Shown: piece by piece, positions 58,113 to 64,000 of the stretch
How the letters are laid out: the number at the start of each line of letters is the position of its first letter
How positions within the stretch are numbered: the stretch's first letter is position 1
Assembly: GCA_034521025.1 (NCBI GenBank)
Contig: JAXHMZ010000003.1
Span: 15,726-79,725 of the forward strand
DNA length: 64,000 nt
Direction: 5' to 3'
Source: Candidatus Campbellbacteria bacterium
Lineage (GTDB): Bacteria; Patescibacteriota; Minisyncoccia; Phycocordibacterales; JAXHMZ01
Program-made: the position numbers and the translations under genes
The notes under the pieces: generated by a model
The model's database searches: none
What the model saw: only the letters and a program-made list of their open reading frames with translations
What the model was told of the DNA's origin: nothing

Positions 58113-60830
58113 ATGGGTAAATCTAATACTTCTAGTATACAAGAAATAGCTCACATGAACGAGTCGAACAAAGATCATTATCAACTGGATCCCGAAAACA
58201 CCTTAGAATCCTTAGGTGTCGATCGAGAAACCGGACTTACTTCCGACGAGGTTAAAAAGCGGCTTGAAAAATACGGCACTAACACATTCGAAAAGGGGAA
58301 GGAGAAAACACTTTGGGATAGCTTCTTAAAGCAAATCAAAAACCCTCTTGTTTACATACTTTTTGGGGCACTGGTTGCAACTATTTTTCTCGAGGAATTT
58401 CTTGATGCCATAGTTATAGCGATAGCCATTACCTTGAATACCGTTATAGGAATGGTTCAGGAGGGTAGGGCATCACAGGCTTTCCAAAAACTTTCTGAAT
58501 CACAGGAGAAGTTTGCCTCTGTAATTCGAAATAATAAACGCAGTGTAATATCAACAGAAAAGCTTTTACCCGGAGATATTGTGCTAGTTGAAGCGGGCAG
58601 TAATGTACCAGCTGATCTGCGCATTATAGAATCTCGAAACCTGCAAACAGACGAATCCGCACTCACTGGAGAATCGAAAGCAGTCTCAAAGACGAGTGAT
58701 GCCATTACAGAAGAAGCAGAAATAACGGAGCAAAAGAATATGGCCTTTATGGGTACCTTGGCGGTAGCCGGCTCGGGTGTCGGAGTTGTAACCGCAACCG
58801 GCAACCAGACAGAGATAGGTAAGATCGCAAAAAATCTAGCAACCCTTGAGGCGGCCAAAACACCTGTGCAAGAAAACCTAGAATCGCTCGCAAGTCTTTT
58901 AGCCAAAGGTGTTGTCTTCATTTTGGCCTTCGTTATTTTGGTCGGAGTTTTACAAGACCGAGCGCTTGGCGAAACTATTTTGATCTCGGTTGCTATAGCC
59001 GTAAGTATTTTGCCGGAGGGACTACCCGCTTCCGTAACTGTGGTACTTGCGATAGGTATGGAGGCCATATTAAAAAAGGGCGGACTTGTTAAAAACCTTT
59101 TGGCAGCAGAGACACTTGGATCTACCACTACTATATTGACTGACAAAACAGGGACTCTTACGCAAGCCAGAATGAGTCTCGATGAGATAATAACTACCAG
59201 CACAATCGATGAAGAGTCTAAAGACGACAAGGTAGACCCCATAGACGACCAAGATCAAAGATCACTACTACTGACGGCACTGCGAGCATCAGACGCGTTT
59301 GTCACCGAAGAAGAAGGGGAGATCGTGGTAAAGGGAAGACCGATCGAGAAAGCGCTTTTAGAAGCGGCGCTTAAGTTAGATATTTCAAAAGAAAAACTTG
59401 ATAAAGAGCAAAAACAACTGGACTTTTTGCCGTTTGAATCCAAAAACAGGTTTGCGGCTTCATTAAATGAAACCCCTCAAGGTGAAATTCTACATATTAG
59501 CGGCGCACCGGAGGTACTTTTAAATTCAGCCAACAGGATATTCATAGATAATGAAGATAAAGAAATTACTGATGACATCAGAGAAAAGTTCCAAAAAAGA
59601 CTGAAGTCGGAAAGCGAGAAAGGTAGCAGAGTTATCGCTATCTCATACAAACCGTCTTCGAAAAATGAACTTGCCCAATATCGAAACGAAGACACTGAGA
59701 AACTATTAGATGATTCAATTTTCGTAGGATTGATAACCTTGAAAGACCCTATACGGGAAGATGTTCCAAAAGCCGTTAGTACCGCTCTTGAAGCGGGCAC
59801 AAGGGTTATTATGCTTACTGGCGACCTTCCTGAAACAGCCAAGAGTATCGCGGTTGAAGCGGGTATTGCTACAGAAAAGAGTCAGGTAATACTGGGCAAA
59901 GAGACCACAAAAATGGAGGATAAAGAACTGCTAGGGGTGCTGAAAAATAACACCGTATTCGCCAGAGTATTACCCGATCAAAAGCTTCGTATTTCAGAGC
60001 TACTAAAGCAAGACAAAGAAATTGTAGCCATGACCGGAGACGGAGTGAACGACGCACCGGCACTGCGAAACGCCAATATCGGTGTCGCAGTCGGCAGTGG
60101 AACTGAAGTAGCTAAAGCTTCTTCGGACTTGATACTTCTTGACGACAGTTTCGCCATAGTTGTTTCGGCCATCGCCGAAGGTAGGCGGATCATCAGTAAT
60201 CTTAAAAAGATTACCTCGTATTTGTTGTCTACAAATGTAGGTGAATGTATAGCCCTGGTTGGCTCTTTAGTTCTCGCGTTTCCATTACCGCTATTACCAA
60301 CACAAATACTTTGGGTAAATATTATTGGCGAGGGTTTGTTGAATTTTGCCCTAGCGTTTGAGCCAGCAGAGAAGGGAAGTATGAAACGGAGTCCACGCAT
60401 AGCCAGTATGAGAAATGTATTGTCTATTAATGTTAAAAAGTTGATCCTTATTGTGGGAATTTCTACCGGAGTTATTTTGCTTTCGCTTTTCTATTTCCTA
60501 TTACAAACTACTCTTTCGATAGAAGAAGTTCGTACAATTATGTTCATAACTCTATCAATGGGAACAACTCTATACGCGTTCTCGTTTAAAAATTTAACCC
60601 ACTCTATCTTTAAAACAAACTTGTTTTCAAATCGCTTCCTTATAGTTGCTTTGTTCATTAACATATTTATCCTCTACCTCTCCTTGACGGTTCCGGCGCT
60701 GCAAACTCTTCTTTCGCTTGTTCCTCTTAGCATTGATATCCTTGCTATCGCCTTGGCCGCAAGCGTGGCAAACCTCATAGTTATAGAACTTGGAAAGGTC
60801 ATAGTCTTTGGACGCAACAGAGCAAAATAG
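58113..60830 (+). CDS. Cation-transporting P-type ATPase (P2-type, Ca2+/Mg2+-like)
   Basis: TGES, phosphorylation site DKTGTLT, MTGDGVNDAPAL. 10 TM helices. Alternative start Met15 at 58155. Confidence 0.85.
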   Translation: MGKSNTSSIQEIAHMNESNKDHYQLDPENTLESLGVDRETGLTSDEVKKRLEKYGTNTFEKGKEKTLWDSFLKQIKNPLVYILFGALVATIFLEEFLDAIVIAIAITLNTVIGMVQEGRASQAFQKLSESQEKFASVIRNNKRSVISTEKLLPGDIVLVEAGSNVPADLRIIESRNLQTDESALTGESKAVSKTSDAITEEAEITEQKNMAFMGTLAVAGSGVGVVTATGNQTEIGKIAKNLATLEAAKTPVQENLESLASLLAKGVVFILAFVILVGVLQDRALGETILISVAIAVSILPEGLPASVTVVLAIGMEAILKKGGLVKNLLAAETLGSTTTILTDKTGTLTQARMSLDEIITTSTIDEESKDDKVDPIDDQDQRSLLLTALRASDAFVTEEEGEIVVKGRPIEKALLEAALKLDISKEKLDKEQKQLDFLPFESKNRFAASLNETPQGEILHISGAPEVLLNSANRIFIDNEDKEITDDIREKFQKRLKSESEKGSRVIAISYKPSSKNELAQYRNEDTEKLLDDSIFVGLITLKDPIREDVPKAVSTALEAGTRVIMLTGDLPETAKSIAVEAGIATEKSQVILGKETTKMEDKELLGVLKNNTVFARVLPDQKLRISELLKQDKEIVAMTGDGVNDAPALRNANIGVAVGSGTEVAKASSDLILLDDSFAIVVSAIAEGRRIISNLKKITSYLLSTNVGECIALVGSLVLAFPLPLLPTQILWVNIIGEGLLNFALAFEPAEKGSMKRSPRIASMRNVLSINVKKLILIVGISTGVILLSLFYFLLQTTLSIEEVRTIMFITLSMGTTLYAFSFKNLTHSIFKTNLFSNRFLIVALFINIFILYLSLTVPALQTLLSLVPLSIDILAIALAASVANLIVIELGKVIVFGRNRAK

Positions 60831-60853
60831 GCGCTGTGGTACAATAGAGCAAT

Positions 60854-61936
60854 ATGGAAATTATTCTTCTAGTGGCGATTCTGTTTTTAGTTGTTAGCGT
60901 AGTAGTTCTTGCAATATTGTTATTGCGAGTAAACAAAAAACTCAGCGGTAAGGACAATAATGACAGTCTGGTATTTTTGCAAAACCAGCTCAACGAGCTA
61001 TCTCGCACTTTGGATTCAAAACTAAGCGAGTCCTCGAAATCTATGAACGAATCCGTCAAAACTCAATTTTCGGAATCACAAAAGCTAATTCGTGACTTTA
61101 CTAACGACTTGAAAAGTATCACTAAGGAGATCACAGAAGTAAAGGAAACGAACAAGCAGGTTTTCACTATCACAGAAAGTCTGGAGAATTTGGAAAAGGT
61201 TTTAAAAAATCAGAAACAACGTGGCAGTTTGGGTGAAGCCGGACTAGAATTGATCCTTTCAAACGTTCTACCGCCGGACGCCTATCAACTTCAATACGGA
61301 TTCTCAAATGGAGATATAGCAGACGCGGTCATAAAAACAAAAGAAGGAATTATTTGTATTGACGCTAAGTTTTCTCTGGATAATTACAACCGCATCATTG
61401 CTGAAGAAGACAACACAAAGCGCGAGGCATTGGAAAAAGAATTTAGGAATGATCTAAAGCAGCGCATTGAAGAAACGGCCAAATACATAAAACCGGAGGA
61501 GGGAACATTGCCGTTCGCGATAATGTACATACCGGCTGAAGGTATTTATTACGACCTTCTGATAAACCAAGTAGGGTCAGTAAAGGTAAACACTCGAAGT
61601 TTAATTGAATACGCCTATAGAGATAAGAATGTAATAATAGTTTCTCCGACAACTTTTGTTGCTTATCTGCAAACCATCTTGCAGGGCTTTCGAGCTTTCA
61701 AAATTGAAGAGTCCGCCAAGAAGATCGGGAAGCGAGTTGAAGAGCTAAGGAGACACCTATTGGCTTATGAAGAACACCACAACAAACTTGGTAATACATT
61801 AGGAACGGCAGTGAATCACTTTAATAAAAGCGACAAATCATTTCGAATGATAGACAAGGACGTGCTCAGGATATCCGGAGAAGGGTTAGATCATGAGGTA
61901 TTAAATATCCCGAAACCGGACCAGGATGAAGAGTAA
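60854..61936 (+). CDS. rmuC: DNA recombination protein RmuC
   Basis: N-terminal TM, long coiled coil, C-terminal nuclease-like region IDAKFSLDNY.. Confidence 0.7.
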   Translation: MEIILLVAILFLVVSVVVLAILLLRVNKKLSGKDNNDSLVFLQNQLNELSRTLDSKLSESSKSMNESVKTQFSESQKLIRDFTNDLKSITKEITEVKETNKQVFTITESLENLEKVLKNQKQRGSLGEAGLELILSNVLPPDAYQLQYGFSNGDIADAVIKTKEGIICIDAKFSLDNYNRIIAEEDNTKREALEKEFRNDLKQRIEETAKYIKPEEGTLPFAIMYIPAEGIYYDLLINQVGSVKVNTRSLIEYAYRDKNVIIVSPTTFVAYLQTILQGFRAFKIEESAKKIGKRVEELRRHLLAYEEHHNKLGNTLGTAVNHFNKSDKSFRMIDKDVLRISGEGLDHEVLNIPKPDQDEE

Positions 61937-61985
61937 GCCTTAATGGTCCTTGCAAAAAGCTTTAAATTTTGTAGAATAACTCCGT

Positions 61986-62297
61986 ATGAAACTCGCAGTA
62001 ATTGAATCAGGAGGAAAGCAATATACGGTACAAGAGGGAGATACTATTTCCATAGAGAAACTTGATGGCGTTTCTGAGGGCGATAGTGTTAATTTTGATA
62101 ATGTACTCCTAATAGCCGATGGAGACAAAGTCTCTCTCGGTAATCCTCTTGTAAAAGATAAAAAGGTTAGCGGAGTATTAAAGGAAAACAAAAAAGGCGA
62201 AAAGTTGCACGTTAGACAATTCCGATCTAAGAGTAGGTATCACCGCACTTATGGACACAGACAGCCGCTAGCAACAGTAGAAATTCAAAAAATATAA
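61986..62297 (+). CDS. rplU: 50S ribosomal protein L21
   Basis: AVIESGGKQYTVQEGD. Confidence 0.9.
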   Translation: MKLAVIESGGKQYTVQEGDTISIEKLDGVSEGDSVNFDNVLLIADGDKVSLGNPLVKDKKVSGVLKENKKGEKLHVRQFRSKSRYHRTYGHRQPLATVEIQKI

Positions 62298-62314
62298 GCA
62301 CCTAAAAAGGTGTT

Positions 62315-62929
62315 TTATTTTCGCGAACTCAGAGCGTAGCGAAGAGTATCTTTGTCAGAATACTCGAGCTCACTCCCAACGGAAAGCCCACGACCTAAAG
62401 TAGAGATCTTTAGTTTCTTACCGCCTTTAAATGACCTTATTTTCTTCGAAAGGTAATCATTAGTATTTTCACCTTCAGGAGTCAGGCTAAGAGCTAAAAC
62501 GATTTCTTCCAAACCTTTGTCTAAATAGAACTTAAGTGTTTCTTCCATCTCCACCAATCTTATTGACTCTTTTCGAGAACCTTGACGTGTAGCTAAAACA
62601 CCCCCCAGCACGAAATACTGTCCATTATACACCCCCGACTGTTCTATATGATCCAAATCAGCGTCCTTTTCCACTACCATAATGACCGTTTGGTCGCGAT
62701 GCGCTGAGGAGCAAATAGAACAAACATTTTCATTATTGACACTAAAGGACAATTTTTGGCACCGAGAACAGAATCTAGCGGCACTTTTTGTTTTTTCCAA
62801 AGACGTCACGAGTTCACGTACATAACTATCATCTTGCCTTACTATAAAATGAGAAAAACGCTGAGCTTGGCGTATGCCAATCCCAGGAAACTTACGAAAT
62901 AATTCTGTTAACTTTTCAAATTCGCTCAT
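62315..62929 (-). CDS. recR: Recombination protein RecR
   Basis: HhH (FPGIGIRQAQR), C4 zinc finger (CSRCQ..CSIC), Toprim. Confidence 0.9.
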   Translation of the reverse strand: MSEFEKLTELFRKFPGIGIRQAQRFSHFIVRQDDSYVRELVTSLEKTKSAARFCSRCQKLSFSVNNENVCSICSSAHRDQTVIMVVEKDADLDHIEQSGVYNGQYFVLGGVLATRQGSRKESIRLVEMEETLKFYLDKGLEEIVLALSLTPEGENTNDYLSKKIRSFKGGKKLKISTLGRGLSVGSELEYSDKDTLRYALSSRK

Positions 62930-62979
62930 ATCGAAAACAGGCGTGAAAACAAACTACCACATTTAAACTATTACAGATA

Positions 62980-64000
62980 TTAAAATCCGGGATCGAACTC
63001 CTCGGCAAATTGCCCATAATCACTTTTAGTGACACTGAGAAAGGAGCTTTTCTTCTCATCAAAGTAAAGTTCTACTCTTCCGACGGGACCATTTCTGTGC
63101 TTTTCTATAAGAACTTCCGCGATATTCGGACGTTCTGTGTCTTCGTTGAATTTGTCCTCACGATGAATGAACATAACGACGTCAGCGTCTTGTTCAATGG
63201 AACCGGAATCACGAAGGTCAGATAGACGCGGCTTACCTCCGCGGCTTTCCACGGCTCGAGATAACTGAGATAGAGCCAATACCGGAACATCCAACTCACG
63301 AGCTAAGTTCTTGAGAGACCGAGAGATCTCAGTAACCTGTTGCACTACGTTGTCAGAGTTCATAGAGCGCGTTGGAACCATCAATTGCAGATAATCAACA
63401 ATGATCAAACCTAATCCTTTTTCGCTCTTTAGACGTCTAGCTATAGAGCGCATTTTCAAAATGTTATTACCAGGTTGATCGTCAATATAAATTGGTGCTT
63501 TAGAAAGTTCGTTGAGAGCTTCTCTGATCTTATCGAACTCGGTATCCGCTGACAATTTTCCGGTGCGAAGCTTCCAGGCGTCCACTTGAGATTGAGCGGC
63601 TATCATACGGTCAATGAGTTGCTGAGAGCTCATCTCTAGCGAGAAAATTCCTACCGGCACTTGGCTTTTAAGAGAGGCTTGGCGGGCAATATCGAGAGCT
63701 AGGGAAGTCTTACCCATTGAAGGCCTGGCAGCAAGAATAATGAGGTCAGATTTTTGAAATCCCGCCAACATATGGTCGAGATCGTCGAATCCGGTCGATA
63801 TACCCCTCATTTCATCTTGAGAACTGTGCAGGCGTTCATATCTTTCAAACGCTTCACCTAATATGTCCCTCGAATCCAAAAACTTATTGGATCCGGCAAT
63901 GTTAGTTATGTCGAAAACTTGCTTTTCAGCGTTCTCTAGTGTCTCTTCGAGTTCAATTGAGTCTTCGTACGCATAGCGGGTTATTTCTTGGGCGGCCTTT
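62980..64000 (-). CDS. dnaB: Replicative DNA helicase DnaB, C-terminal RecA-like domain (5' part beyond window end)
   Basis: Walker A ARPSMGKTS, GLIIVDYLQLM, arginine finger region. ORF is open to the window end. Confidence 0.85.
   Translation of the reverse strand, partial: KAAQEITRYAYEDSIELEETLENAEKQVFDITNIAGSNKFLDSRDILGEAFERYERLHSSQDEMRGISTGFDDLDHMLAGFQKSDLIILAARPSMGKTSLALDIARQASLKSQVPVGIFSLEMSSQQLIDRMIAAQSQVDAWKLRTGKLSADTEFDKIREALNELSKAPIYIDDQPGNNILKMRSIARRLKSEKGLGLIIVDYLQLMVPTRSMNSDNVVQQVTEISRSLKNLARELDVPVLALSQLSRAVESRGGKPRLSDLRDSGSIEQDADVVMFIHREDKFNEDTERPNIAEVLIEKHRNGPVGRVELYFDEKKSSFLSVTKSDYGQFAEEFDPGF

Overview
The window has two contrasting parts. Coordinates 1 to about 14,990 are an accessory, mobile-element-rich stretch with Bacteroidota-like gene content. 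It contains a 5'-partial HydE-like radical-SAM gene, an MNT/HepT toxin-antitoxin pair, a DksA/TraR zinc-finger gene, a tyrosine integrase, an IS66 TnpC fragment and an IS3-family element. An AT-rich block follows, encoding an XRE regulator, a GHKL ATPase, a histidine kinase, a receiver-domain protein, unknown ORFs and a gamma-class N6-adenine DNA methyltransferase. Almost every gene in this stretch is broken by frameshifts or in-frame stops, and three tandem-repeat arrays lie in non-coding DNA. The stretch ends at a breakpoint near 14,867-14,990 that truncates the methyltransferase at its 3' end and a LOG-family gene at its 5' end. From about 15,300 to the end the genes are intact and compact. 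The content is consistent with a small-genome CPR/Patescibacteria-like bacterium: def-fmt, priA, an HTH-MurA fusion, two mreB paralogs, mreC, PBP2, a mraZ-rsmH-ftsL-ftsI-murF cluster, proS, lysS, greA, frr, rseP, holB, trxB, gap, a P-type ATPase, rmuC, rplU, recR and dnaB. This part also carries many secreted or surface proteins, a lysyl-oxidase-like protein, two tRNAs (Asn-GTT, Glu-CTC), two palindromic repeat families and an array of tRNA-Glu 3'-end copies that marks an integration hotspot. No CRISPR array or rRNA was seen. The strongest novelty candidates are the degraded ATPase/two-component/methyltransferase island and its breakpoint, the HTH-MurA fusion, the repeat-flanked surface-protein block and the tRNA-Glu scar array.
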